Origin: Myxococcota bacterium
GTDB lineage: Bacteria; Myxococcota_A; UBA9160; UBA6930
Direction of reading: 5' to 3'
Assembly (NCBI GenBank): GCA_965223705.1
Contig: OZ245015.1
Span: 4,192,001 to 4,256,000, forward strand
Length of the DNA stretch: 64,000 bases
Of this stretch, positions 10,181 to 21,423 are shown one piece after another. Within the stretch, counting starts at the first letter, position 1; the number at the start of each line of letters is the position of its first letter. A program made the position numbers and the translations under genes. The notes under the pieces are model-generated. The model was not told the DNA's origin, searched no databases, and saw nothing but the letters and a program-made list of their open reading frames with translations.

Positions 10181-13170
10181 TGCGACCCGAGTTCCCACGC
10201 GCGAAACCAGTCCTGCGAAGCGTCGTCCGATGTGACCCGTTCGATGCGTTCGAGCAGTGCGCGGCGCTCGCGATCTCCGGATCGGTTGCAGGCCGCGGCG
10301 ACGTCGCAGAGCCGGCAGGCATCGGGTTCGCGGCCTTCGGGTGTGGTCAAGCGCGGAAAGAAGCTCCCCTGTCGCCACACGGCGAGCGCGGCGCTCGCGG
10401 CGTCTTCCAACAACGCGCGCGTCGCCGAATCCGCTCCGTCGAGCGACGTGATGGCACGGTCCGGCGATGCCTCGGGTCGGCTCATCAAGTAACGCCCCGT
10501 CGCGGGGCCTTCCGGCGCCAACGCGTAGGCGGCAGCTTGAAGCGCGGGAGGCTTCGGGGGACGACCTGTCTTGATATCCGTCAGGGTAAAGCGCTCGCCG
10601 TCGCGCTGAATTCGATCGGCTCGAAAGCGGACGCGACCCCCGGGCGCATCCTCGAGGGCAACGTCTCCGTAGGTCTCCACCGCGAGCCACGGCGCATCAC
10701 CCTCCGCCGTGTCGATCTCGCGAATTCGCGCGAGATGGCGGCGGGTTCTTTCGGCGAGAGCCCGCGCGAAGCCCGGCAACAACACACCGGCTTCGCCGCT
10801 ACACGCGGTAGCCACCTCGAGAAGAAGCGCATCGAGCTCGGCGTCCACCGGCCACGCCACCTTCCGGGCGTCTTCCGCCGACAAACTCTCGAGCTCGGCG
10901 TCTGCGGCGACGCCCGACCGAACGCCGATGGCCTCGAGTGCGCGATGCACGCAGTTGCCGACGAGGCGCGGGTCCAAGCCCGGCAAGGCGCCGGGGCTTT
11001 GTTCCCGCGGTCGCGCCCGCAGGATTCGCTCTACGTAGAAGCGCCAGGGACAGCGGAGCAGGCCTTCCATCGCCGTCACGTAGAGCCCGCTCGCCGGAGC
11101 GGGCGGCGGCACGAAACCCCAATCGAGCTCGCCGCGAGCGGCCGATCCGCCGACGACTCGCAGAGCCAGTGCCGCTCCGTCCGCCGTCGTACCGCGTTCA
11201 CCGGCGGCCGCCTCGAAGGCCTCTCCCAGCGCTTCTACGTATCCATCGCGGCCGGCGAGTTCGACCGCGCGAGCGGCTGCCTCGCGATCCAACGCTGTCG
11301 ATCCAGCCGCGCCCTCCGAAATCCGCAGCGTCTCGATGAGAGGTGATCGCGGCAGAGGTCGCCCCTCTGCGTCGAACATCGACCAGGAGAACGTCACACG
11401 ATCCGCAGCACTTCGAAGTTGCGCGGCGAGATAGCGCTCCTCATCGTGACCGCGTTCCTTGATCGGCAAGTCCGGGAGGAGCGGCCGCAGGCTCAGGCGA
11501 ACGGAATCGTCCATCAGGGAGTCTTCGCGGACCGGGCGTGGGAAGATGTCGCGGTTCATTCCCAGAACGAACAAGCGATCGAACCGGAGACCGCGCGCCT
11601 CCATCACCGTCAGGAGTCGAACGCCGCCCCCGTTTCCGCCGAGCGAGACGCGCCCGAGATTCTCGGACGCGCGGTCGAAAAGGAGCGAGAAGTCCTCGGG
11701 GCGGAGGGCGATCCCGTCCGGGAGCCCCTTGCGGATCTCATCGAGCGCGGTGCGCACCGCCGCGTGGGGCTCCTCTCGGTCCGCACGTTCTTTGCCGAGT
11801 GCCCGCATGGCGAGCGCGACACGGGTGTCGAAGCCGCGACCGGAAAAGTCGGCCGCGAAGCGGCGCGCGTCGCGCCACAGGGCGGTCGCCTCGCTTCGAC
11901 CCGCTTCCGGCGTCGACCGACGCGCGGGTTCGGGGCACTGTTCGGGCAGGTCGACGAGTCGGTTCGATGCCCAAAGCGAGACCCAACCCATCGCGTCGGG
12001 CGAAGCATCCCGGGCGGCGAGCCACGTTTCGAGCCGCGCGCGCGGTCCTAGCGCGAGGAGCGCCTGGAGCGCGCGGATCCGTCGGCGCCAAGGCCCCGCA
12101 GCGGTGTGTTCACCCGGCGCACCGGAAAATGGAATGCCCGCAGCGCGCAGCGCTTTTTCGAGCCCTCGTCGGTACGGCTCGAGATCTCGCGCGACCAGAC
12201 CGATTCGCTCGGGGGCTGTCCCGCTCGCGATCTCCTCCGCTACCGCGGCGACCGCGTGTGCTTGTTCTTCTGCGGGATTGCGCGCGGCAATCCCCAACGC
12301 GGTGCTCGAGGGAACCGCGGCGCCCCGAGCCGTACCGGCGATGCCAGCAAAGCGAACCTGCAGGGGCTCGGCAAAGCGCAGCGCTTCGGGTGGCGCGTTC
12401 TCCGGAACGTCGAACACGGCGCGCACCGACTCGCACCGCAGGAGCGTGAGAAGAAAACGCGCTTGGCTTCCGGTGGCGTCGGCGAAGCCGTAGAGCACGG
12501 CGGCGCGCGCGGCGAGCCTTTCCGGGCCATCTTCAAGGATCGCCGCCGCTCGCTCGAAACGATCCGATCGATGTGCGAACCCCAGCCGCCCGAACGCCTC
12601 ACGCACACCGAGAGCGATTCGAAGGATCGCCAGGGTCTCGCCCGCGGCTTGGGTTCCGAGCAGCGCCAACCGCTCGGCGCACGCTTCGAAGTGCTCGGCG
12701 CGGAAACCGGCGTCGAGGAGATCCGCGACGGTCGGTCCAAGGGCTCCGTAGCCGTCTTCAAAACCCGCGAGCGCGCGTCGCAGGGTGCCGGCGTCTCCCT
12801 CGCCCGCGAGGGTTTCCGCGACGCGACGGACCAGGAGCGGAAACAGCAGCTCGCCGTCCGCGGGGCCGGCCCCTTCTTCCGTCGTGAGGATCTCGTCGAC
12901 GAGCGCCCCTAGCGTCTGGACCCGAACGCCAAGGACGCTGCCGCACGCCTCCGCAATGCGTGCCGTGAGGTGCACGCGCAGCGTGCGCGACGGGACGACG
13001 ACGCGCAGCGGCAGAGCACAGCGCCCCGGCTCCGAGCGAAGCACTTCCGCGTCTTCGCGAATCCTCTCGAACAACCAGGCTTCGGCCGCGCGAGCCCCGT
13101 CGCACACGATCGTGCGCGCGTCGCCACGGCTACCGCGATTCGGCGCGCCCCCCGCGCGCGGTGAGACCAC
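10177..13170 (-). CDS. addB: AddB-like inactive helicase with PD-(D/E)xK nuclease and Fe-S staple
   Basis: EARGLRFDRLFVLGMN, EERYL, LLRCPWRFY, RADRI..TDIKTG, CRLCDVAAAC. Confidence 0.82.
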   Translation of the reverse strand: MVSPRAGGAPNRGSRGDARTIVCDGARAAEAWLFERIREDAEVLRSEPGRCALPLRVVVPSRTLRVHLTARIAEACGSVLGVRVQTLGALVDEILTTEEGAGPADGELLFPLLVRRVAETLAGEGDAGTLRRALAGFEDGYGALGPTVADLLDAGFRAEHFEACAERLALLGTQAAGETLAILRIALGVREAFGRLGFAHRSDRFERAAAILEDGPERLAARAAVLYGFADATGSQARFLLTLLRCESVRAVFDVPENAPPEALRFAEPLQVRFAGIAGTARGAAVPSSTALGIAARNPAEEQAHAVAAVAEEIASGTAPERIGLVARDLEPYRRGLEKALRAAGIPFSGAPGEHTAAGPWRRRIRALQALLALGPRARLETWLAARDASPDAMGWVSLWASNRLVDLPEQCPEPARRSTPEAGRSEATALWRDARRFAADFSGRGFDTRVALAMRALGKERADREEPHAAVRTALDEIRKGLPDGIALRPEDFSLLFDRASENLGRVSLGGNGGGVRLLTVMEARGLRFDRLFVLGMNRDIFPRPVREDSLMDDSVRLSLRPLLPDLPIKERGHDEERYLAAQLRSAADRVTFSWSMFDAEGRPLPRSPLIETLRISEGAAGSTALDREAAARAVELAGRDGYVEALGEAFEAAAGERGTTADGAALALRVVGGSAARGELDWGFVPPPAPASGLYVTAMEGLLRCPWRFYVERILRARPREQSPGALPGLDPRLVGNCVHRALEAIGVRSGVAADAELESLSAEDARKVAWPVDAELDALLLEVATACSGEAGVLLPGFARALAERTRRHLARIREIDTAEGDAPWLAVETYGDVALEDAPGGRVRFRADRIQRDGERFTLTDIKTGRPPKPPALQAAAYALAPEGPATGRYLMSRPEASPDRAITSLDGADSATRALLEDAASAALAVWRQGSFFPRLTTPEGREPDACRLCDVAAACNRSGDRERRALLERIERVTSDDASQDWFRAWELGSQ

Positions 13171-13178
13171 CGAAGGTG

Positions 13179-13661
13179 CTAGAGCACCGAAAGGATGGCT
13201 TCGGCTTTGCTCACTTCGAACTTCATCGGCTCTTCGACGGCCAGATGCGTCACAACGCCGTCCTCAGCCACCAGGGCGTATCGCTGACACCGCGCGCCCA
13301 AACCGAAACCGCTGCCGTCCATCTCGAGACCCACGGCGCGCGTGAAGTCCCCGTTTCCATCGGCGACCATCAGCACTTTGTCGCCGACGCCGCGCTCCTG
13401 TCCCCACGCCGACATCACGAAGGGATCGTTGACGGAAATGCAGGCAATCGTGTCGACGCCCTTGGCCAGGATCGCGTCGGCGTTCTCGACGAAACCCGGG
13501 AGATGGTTGTTGGAGCAGGTCGGCGTGAACGCGCCGGGAACGGCAAACAGCACGACTTTCTTACCGCTGAAAATGTCCGCGGTCGTTAGGTCGCTCATGC
13601 CCTCGGACGTCAGCGTCTTGAAGGTCACTGCGGGGATCTTGTCACCTACCTGAATAGCCAT
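13179..13661 (-). CDS. Peroxiredoxin, Prx5/PMP20 type
   Basis: VPGAFTPTCSNNHLPG, SVNDPFVMSAW, ADGNGDFT; start MAIQVGD. Confidence 0.95.
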   Translation of the reverse strand: MAIQVGDKIPAVTFKTLTSEGMSDLTTADIFSGKKVVLFAVPGAFTPTCSNNHLPGFVENADAILAKGVDTIACISVNDPFVMSAWGQERGVGDKVLMVADGNGDFTRAVGLEMDGSGFGLGARCQRYALVAEDGVVTHLAVEEPMKFEVSKAEAILSVL

Positions 13662-13733
13662 TTCGATTCTCCGGGGTTTGAGTTGGAGGCCGAGCATACA
13701 GCGTTTTCCGACGGGCTTCCGTAGCATTTCGGC

Positions 13734-14447
13734 GTGCCGAGGATCGCCAAGCCGCGAATCGGAATCGCTCTTCCCCGCGACGACGGATCCTTGCGCCCCG
13801 GCCGCGTCACCCACTACTTGGACGATCTGTATCTCCGCGCGGTCGTCGAGGCCGGCGCCGAGGCCGTGCTCCTGCCGGCCGGGCCACGCGACGCTTCGCT
13901 CGTCGAGACCCTCGACGGCGTGATCTTCCCGGGCGGCGACGATTTCCCTCCCGACCGCCCCTACGAGGGCGCGACTTTCCGATTGGCCCCGACCGAGCAA
14001 CGGGCGGCGGACGCCGCGCTCGTCGAGAGTGCGCGCCTTCACTCCGTTCCCGTGCTGGGCATCTGTTACGGCATGCAGCTTTTGGCGGTCGAGGCCGGGG
14101 GAGTGCTCTACGCGCATCTCCCCGCGGATCTACCCGGAGCGGGTCCTCACCAACTGGTCCCACCCGAAACGCACGCGGTCGAACTTCTCGCGGGTTCGCG
14201 TACCGAGTCATGGCTCGGTGCGTCGGGGAGCATCCAAGTGGGGAGCCGGCATCACCAAGCGGTCAGCGACCCCGGCCCGGGATTCATCGTCAGTGCGCGT
14301 TCTTCAGACGGTGTGATCGAAGGGATCGAGAGCGAGCGGGGTCTCGGCTGGACAGCCGTGGGCGTGCAGTGGCATCCGGAGGAATCGGCCAAGGAGTTGC
14401 GACTTCGCTTTTTCTCGAGCTTCGTCGCGGCGTGCCGCGACGGGTGA
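13734..14447 (+). CDS. Gamma-glutamyl-gamma-aminobutyrate hydrolase family (peptidase C26, class I glutamine amidotransferase)
   Basis: PGGDD, LGICYGMQ, SRHHQAV, GVQWHPE. Confidence 0.9.
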   Translation: MPRIAKPRIGIALPRDDGSLRPGRVTHYLDDLYLRAVVEAGAEAVLLPAGPRDASLVETLDGVIFPGGDDFPPDRPYEGATFRLAPTEQRAADAALVESARLHSVPVLGICYGMQLLAVEAGGVLYAHLPADLPGAGPHQLVPPETHAVELLAGSRTESWLGASGSIQVGSRHHQAVSDPGPGFIVSARSSDGVIEGIESERGLGWTAVGVQWHPEESAKELRLRFFSSFVAACRDG

Positions 14448-14467
14448 GGCGGATGCCTCACCCGTCG
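14438..14467. terminator. Perfect 13-bp hairpin between convergent genes, candidate bidirectional terminator with no U tract
   Basis: CGACGGGTGAGGC-ggat-GCCTCACCCGTCG. Confidence 0.55.
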
Positions 14468-14475
14468 GGCCGTAC

Positions 14476-14826
<351 letters not shown>

Positions 14827-16197
14827 CTACTGCTCGTTCGTCGCGAGAACGTTTGCGGGTGAGGCTTGCGCTCGGCCTGCACCGCTGGTGTCGAAGATGC
14901 CGGCCGAACTCCCGAGGTCGTAGCCGTGCATACCGTGCTCGGCGAGATCCAAGCCTTCGATCTCTTCTTCCTCGGAAACCCGGATTCCGATCGAGGCTTT
15001 GAGCACGCCGAAGAGAATCATCGCGGACCCGAAGGCGAAGACACCGTAGGCCACGACACCGATCAGCTGCGTAACGAAGCTGTGCTCGGGATTCGTCGAG
15101 AAGATGCCGACGGCGAGAGTTCCCCAGATACCGCACGTCAGGTGCACGGAGATCGCTCCCACCGGGTCGTCGATCTTGATGCGATCGAAGAACACGACGG
15201 AGAGCACCACGAGAACACCCGCGACGAGACCGATCAGGGTCGCCGTGAACGGCGTCATGACGTCGGCGCCGGCCGTGATGCCGACGAGACCCGCGAGAAT
15301 GCCGTTTAGCGCCATCGAGAGGTCGGGCTTACTGGTGATCATCTGCGAGGTGAACATCGCGCCGATCGCACCCGCGGAAGCCGCGATACACGTCGTCACC
15401 AGCGTAAGAGACGTGAGATCGGGGTCTGCGGAGAGAACCGAGCCACCGTTAAAGCCGAACCACCCGAGCCACAACAAGAAGACGCCGATGGTCGCAAGGG
15501 GCATGTTGCTGCCGGGGATCGGCATCATGTTGCCGCTCTTCGTGTATTTCCCGAGGCGCGGACCGAGAAGCCAGGCGCCAGCGAGTGCTCCCCAGCCTCC
15601 GACCGAGTGCACCAGCGTCGAGCCCGCAAAATCGTAGAAGCCCATGCCGTCGAGCCAACCGCCGCCCCACTTCCAGGAGCCGGCGATCGTGTAGACGAAT
15701 GCGACGAACACGACGGAGAACAGCATGAATGCCGAAAGCTTGATCCGTTCGGCGACGGCACCCGAAACGATGGTTGCGGCCGTCGCGGCGAACATCGCTT
15801 GAAACAGGAAATCCGTGTAGTAGGTGTAACCGCCGTCGGCGTAACCCGCCGACTGGCCGTCCGCTCCCGGATCGAGTCCGATGCCGGCGAAACCGACCCA
15901 ACCGTTGAAGTCGCCGGGGTACATCAAATTGAAGCCGCACAGGTAGTAGGTCAGGATGCCCGCCGAGATGATGAACGTGTTCTTGAACAGAATGTTCGTC
16001 GTGTTCTTCGCTCGGGTGAGTCCCGACTCAAGCGACGCAAAGCCCAAGTGCATGATGAAGACGAGGCCCGCGCAGAGCATCATCCAGACGTTGTTGGCTG
16101 TGAATTGGCCGACGCTGATCTCGGCGGCTTCTTCGGCGACAGCGGCGGCGGGAAGAAGGGCCGTAGCGAGGGCGACTACGGTAAGGGCGCGTAACAC
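14827..16197 (-). CDS. amtB: Ammonium transporter
   Basis: FQAMFAATAATIVSGAVAER, DFAGSTLVH, LWLGWFGFNGGS, DDPVGAISVH; GTG start with GGAGG. Confidence 0.96.
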   Translation of the reverse strand: MLRALTVVALATALLPAAAVAEEAAEISVGQFTANNVWMMLCAGLVFIMHLGFASLESGLTRAKNTTNILFKNTFIISAGILTYYLCGFNLMYPGDFNGWVGFAGIGLDPGADGQSAGYADGGYTYYTDFLFQAMFAATAATIVSGAVAERIKLSAFMLFSVVFVAFVYTIAGSWKWGGGWLDGMGFYDFAGSTLVHSVGGWGALAGAWLLGPRLGKYTKSGNMMPIPGSNMPLATIGVFLLWLGWFGFNGGSVLSADPDLTSLTLVTTCIAASAGAIGAMFTSQMITSKPDLSMALNGILAGLVGITAGADVMTPFTATLIGLVAGVLVVLSVVFFDRIKIDDPVGAISVHLTCGIWGTLAVGIFSTNPEHSFVTQLIGVVAYGVFAFGSAMILFGVLKASIGIRVSEEEEIEGLDLAEHGMHGYDLGSSAGIFDTSGAGRAQASPANVLATNEQ

Positions 16198-16233
16198 GGT
16201 GGGACCTCCATTGGTTGAGACGTAGGTCCACTA

Positions 16234-16249
16234 AGCAACGGGCGTGCCA
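16234..16249 (-). promoter_or_regulatory. Sigma54 (-24/-12) promoter of amtB-glnK
   Basis: Minus strand TGGCAC-GCCCG-TTGCT, an exact match to the TGGCAC-N5-TTGCW consensus. Confidence 0.85.
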
Positions 16250-16319
16250 GGTCGGCTGCGGGTGCGCGGGCGCAACGGGCGCAACAAGGTCCCCGGCTGC
16301 TCAGAATTTCGCCCGCAGC

Positions 16320-16336
16320 TGCTGCCTTTCTGGGCA
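16320..16336. promoter_or_regulatory. Possible NtrC-type enhancer site
   Basis: TGC-N11-GCA about 70 nt upstream of the sigma54 site; a partial second site lies at 16298-16314. Confidence 0.35.
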
Positions 16337-16346
16337 GTGCGCGCGC

Positions 16347-17498
16347 TTAAGGCAGGGCGTTGGTGGCCCGGGAGAGACCTTCGCGGAGCAGCTTCGGGCT
16401 GGTGGCGAAGTTGATCCGCACGTAGCCCCGCCCGGGCTCTCCGAAGTGGGCGCCATCGCTGAACGCAACCCGTCCGCGATCTCGGAAATGGGCGTAGGGC
16501 GACGGCGACAGGCCCAGGGCGCGAGCGTCGACCCAGGCCAGATACGTGGCTTCGGGGACGTGGGCCCGAGCTGCGGGCCACTGTCGCCTCACTTCGTCGA
16601 CGGTGAAGTCGCGGTTCACTCGGAGTGCCTGCAATACCTCCTCGAGCCAGGAATCGCCGGCCTCCCACGCCGCCCGGGTCGCCACGAGGCCCATTTGGGA
16701 CAGCCCGCCGCGGACGTGGCCGGGCAGAGCCTTGAACGCCCTTTTCGCCTCGGTACTCCCGAACGCAGCGACGGCGCAGCGCAAGCCCGCGATATTGAAT
16801 GCCTTCGACGCGGAGTAGAGGGTCACGGTACGGGCCCCGATCTCCGGCGAGAGGGAAGCGATCGGGACGTGACGCGCCCCCGGATAGACGAGGTCGGCAT
16901 GGATCTCGTCGCTCACGATCGTCAGATCTCGCTCGATCGCGAGTTCCGCGAGGGCCTCGAGTTCAGCACGGCGGAACACGCGACCGGTCGGGTTGTGCGG
17001 GTTGCATAGGAGGAGGAGCCGCGTCCGATCGTCGCAAGCGGCCCGAGTCACATCGAAGTCGATTTCGTAGCCGTCCCGGGCGTCCACCAACGGCGCCTCC
17101 GCCAGTCGGCGCCCGGTCTCTCGAACGGCCTGCAGGAACGGCGGATAGATGGGCGTCTGTACGAGGATCCCGTCCCCTTCGCGGGTCAGTTGGAGCAGCG
17201 CGACGTAGATCCCCTGAACCACCTCGCACAGGAGCTCGACGTTTCCGGGATCGACGTGCCAGTCGAACCGCCCTTCCATCCGCGCCGCAAACCGTTCGGC
17301 GATGCCGGTCTGGTGCGGGGCGCGTGGATATCCGAAATCCGAGATTTCGAGGCAATCGGCGAGCGCGTCTCGGATTGCGGGCGCCGTGCCGAAATCCATG
17401 TCGGCGACCCACATCGGCAGAACGTCCGGCGGGTAGTGCTGCCATTTTTCACCTTGGGTGCGCCGTCGCTCGGCGAGATCGACCAGGAGCTTCGTCAT
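16347..17498 (-). CDS. PLP-dependent C-S lyase/aminotransferase, MalY/PatB family
   Basis: LPMWVADMDF, LCNPHNPTGRV, SDEIHADL, SASKAFNIAGL, RINFAT. Confidence 0.92.
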   Translation of the reverse strand: MTKLLVDLAERRRTQGEKWQHYPPDVLPMWVADMDFGTAPAIRDALADCLEISDFGYPRAPHQTGIAERFAARMEGRFDWHVDPGNVELLCEVVQGIYVALLQLTREGDGILVQTPIYPPFLQAVRETGRRLAEAPLVDARDGYEIDFDVTRAACDDRTRLLLLCNPHNPTGRVFRRAELEALAELAIERDLTIVSDEIHADLVYPGARHVPIASLSPEIGARTVTLYSASKAFNIAGLRCAVAAFGSTEAKRAFKALPGHVRGGLSQMGLVATRAAWEAGDSWLEEVLQALRVNRDFTVDEVRRQWPAARAHVPEATYLAWVDARALGLSPSPYAHFRDRGRVAFSDGAHFGEPGRGYVRINFATSPKLLREGLSRATNALP

Positions 17499-17589
17499 AA
17501 GGGGAGTCTACCCGGCGCAGCACTGCGTCCTATGGATGGCCCGATCCGGCGTAGCCTTGGGGGAAGACGATGCTTATGTTCTTCCGACG

Positions 17590-20252
17590 ATGAAGGATCC
17601 GAACCCCGAACGCGTCCGCTCCGTCGATGCCTCCCGCCTTCCGAAGCACTTTGACGCGCAGGAGGCCGAAGCGCGCTGGGACGCCGCCTGGCAAGCGGCG
17701 GGCGTCCATCGCTTCGATCCCGGTCGCGCCCGAAATGAGACCTTCGTGGTCGACACGCCCCCGCCGACCGCTTCCGGCTCACTCCATCCGGGGCACGTCT
17801 TCAGCTACACCCACACCGACATCCTGGTGCGGTACCAGCGGATGGGCGGAAAGAACATCTACTACCCCATGGGTTGGGACGACAACGGTCTTCCCACCGA
17901 GCGGCGGGTCCAGAACTACTACCACGTGCGGTGCGACCCGAGCGCACCCTACGAGCCGGACTTGGCGCTCGAACAAGCCAGCGCCAAGGTCCGCAAGAAA
18001 CCGCCTCGACAAGTGTCGCGGCAGAACTTCATCGAGCTCTGCCACCACGTCACGACAGAAGACGAGAAAGAGTTCATGGCTTTGTGGAAACGCCTCGGCG
18101 TTTCCGTCGATTGGGACGAGCAGTATCAAACCATCGATGACCACTGCCGACGCATTGCGCAGTTGTCGTTCCTCGACCTTTTCGAGAAGGACCAGGTGTA
18201 CAGCAGCGACGCGCCCACCTTGTGGGACGTCGATTTCCAGTCTGCGATCGCGCAGGCCGAGCTCGAAGACAAGATGATGCCCGGCGCGTATCACGACATC
18301 GAATTCGGCGTCGCGGGCGAAGATCGCGGCTTCGTCATTTCGACCACCCGTCCCGAGCTGTTGCCCGCGTGCGTCGGAGTTACGGCTCATCCGGACGACG
18401 ATCGGTACAAGTCCCTGTTCGGGAAGCACGCCGTCACGCCGCTCTTCTTTGCTCCGGTTCCCATCTTTCCGAGCGAAGTCGCCGATCCCGAAAAGGGCAC
18501 CGGCATTCTGATGGTCTGCACTTTCGGCGACGCGACCGACGTCGCGTGGTGGCGCGACGAGGGGCTCCCGCTCCGCCAGCTGATCGGGCGCAACGGGCGG
18601 CTTGTCCCGGCGACCTTCGGCAGCGAGAACTTCCCGAGCGAAAAGCCCGACGCCGCGAACGGCTACTACGAGGAGCTCGCCGGCAAGACCGTGAAAGCGG
18701 CGCAAGCCCGCATCGTCGAACTTCTCGCCGACCCGGACGGCAGCGCGACCGGGCGCGGAGCCCCCCTGCAGCGAGACCCGCGCCCGATCGAGCACGCGGT
18801 GAAGTTCTTCGAAAAAGGCGACCGGCCGCTCGAGTTCGTTCCAACGCGTCAGTGGTTCGTCCGCTTGCTCGACAAGAAGCCGGAACTGCTCGCGAAGGGT
18901 CGCGCGATCCAGTGGCACCCGGAGCACATGTTGCGCCGCTTCGAAGATTGGACGGAAAACCTGGCCTACGACTGGTGCGTCAGTCGCCAACGTTTCTTCG
19001 GCGTACCGATCCCGGTCTGGTATCCGCTCGACGACGCTTGCCAGCCCGACTACGAACGACCGCTTCTCCCGAAACCGGAAGCGCTCCCAATCGATCCCGT
19101 GGGCGATTGCCCGCCCGACTACGCGGAAGCGCAGCGGGGCGTGCCCGGAGGCTTCGTCGCGGAGCGCGACATCTTCGACACGTGGTTTACGAGCTCGATG
19201 ACGCCTCAAATCAGCTCCCACTGGGGAACCGATCCGGCGCGCCACGCTGCGCTCTACCCCGCCGACGTGCGACCGCAAGCGCACGACATCATTCGAACGT
19301 GGGCGTTCTACACGATCGCGAAGTCGCTGCTCCACGAAGACAGCGTGCCTTGGAATCACGCGACGATCTCCGGATGGATCCTCGATCCGGACCGCAAGAA
19401 GATGTCGAAGAGCAAGGGCAACGTGGTAACGCCCGTTCCGCTAATCGACACGTACACCGCCGACGGCGTTCGCTACTGGGCGGGGAGTGCCAAGTTGGGC
19501 GTCGACACCGCGCTCGACGAAAAGGTCTTCAAGATCGGAAAGCGCCTCGTCACGAAGTTGTTCAATGCGGCGAAGTTCGTCCTCGCGCAGGAGGGAGACG
19601 TTCATCCGATCCGCGACGAGCTCGACCTGGCCTTCGTGCACGAGCTTCGCCAGCTCGTCGTGCGTGCGACGGATGCATTCGACCGCTACGACCAGGCGCG
19701 TGTCCTGATGGATACCGAGAGCTTCTTCTGGACGCGCTTTACGGACACCTACATCGAACTCGCGAAGGTCCGTGCCCGCGGCGAAGACGACCATGCGGGT
19801 GCCGGTTCGGGCTCGGCCATCGCGGCGCTCCGCCTCGGTCTGTCGGTGCTCCTGCGTCTGTTCGCGCCGTTTCTCCCGTTCATCACCGAGGAGGTTTGGT
19901 CGTGGGCGTTCGCCGAAGAGACCGGTGAGGCGTCGATTCACCGCGCGCCGTGGCCCTCAGCCCGAGATTTCGAGGGAATCCCCGCGCCGGCCGACGAAGC
20001 GAGCTTTGCCACGGCGAGCGCGGCCCTCGCCGCCATGAACAAAGCGAAAGCCGACGCTTCGGTATCGATGGGACGCGCCGCCGAGCGATTGACGGTGCGG
20101 GGGCGCGGCGAGGATCTCGATCGACTCGCCCGCGTTCTCGACGACGTCCTGGCCGCCGCTCGCTGTCAGGAGTATCACGCGGAAAGCGCGGACGATCTCG
20201 AGCCTGGTAGCTTCGAGATCACCGACGCCGTCTTCGCGGAGAAAGGAGCCGC

Positions 20253-20256
<4 letters not shown>
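17590..20256 (+). CDS. valS: Valine-tRNA ligase (archaeal/actinobacterial type 2)
   Basis: DTPPPTASGSLHPGH, GWDDNGLPTER, TTRPELL, DWCVSRQR, KMSKSKGN; start uncertain. Confidence 0.93.
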
Positions 20257-21314
<1,058 letters not shown>

Positions 21315-21387
21315 TTGTTTTCTCCGAGGCGTGGAAGCTAGCTCTTTCTGCCGCCGCGGCGTACGCGTCTCCGTGACATTCCGGCGG

Positions 21388-21416
21388 CTAATCCCCTGCC
21401 GTGCACCGGCCGATGA
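21388..21416 (+). promoter_or_regulatory. Putative sigma28-like promoter of the pilT pair
   Basis: CTAAT-N16-GCCGATGA; GCCGAT lies 9 nt before GTG 21424. Confidence 0.45.
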
Positions 21417-21423
21417 GATCGGC

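Noticed and set aside
10181..10690. N-terminal extensions in the ORF track for addA, prx, AKR, ACAD, M48, ferredoxin and the TPR gene
   Set aside because: The extensions overlap neighbouring real genes; downstream starts fit domain boundaries, RBSs or stop-start overlaps.
6695..13170. Helicase-nuclease pair as an anti-phage or Cas4-linked system
   Set aside because: Order, size and motifs fit housekeeping AddAB; no CRISPR array, cas or defence genes were seen.
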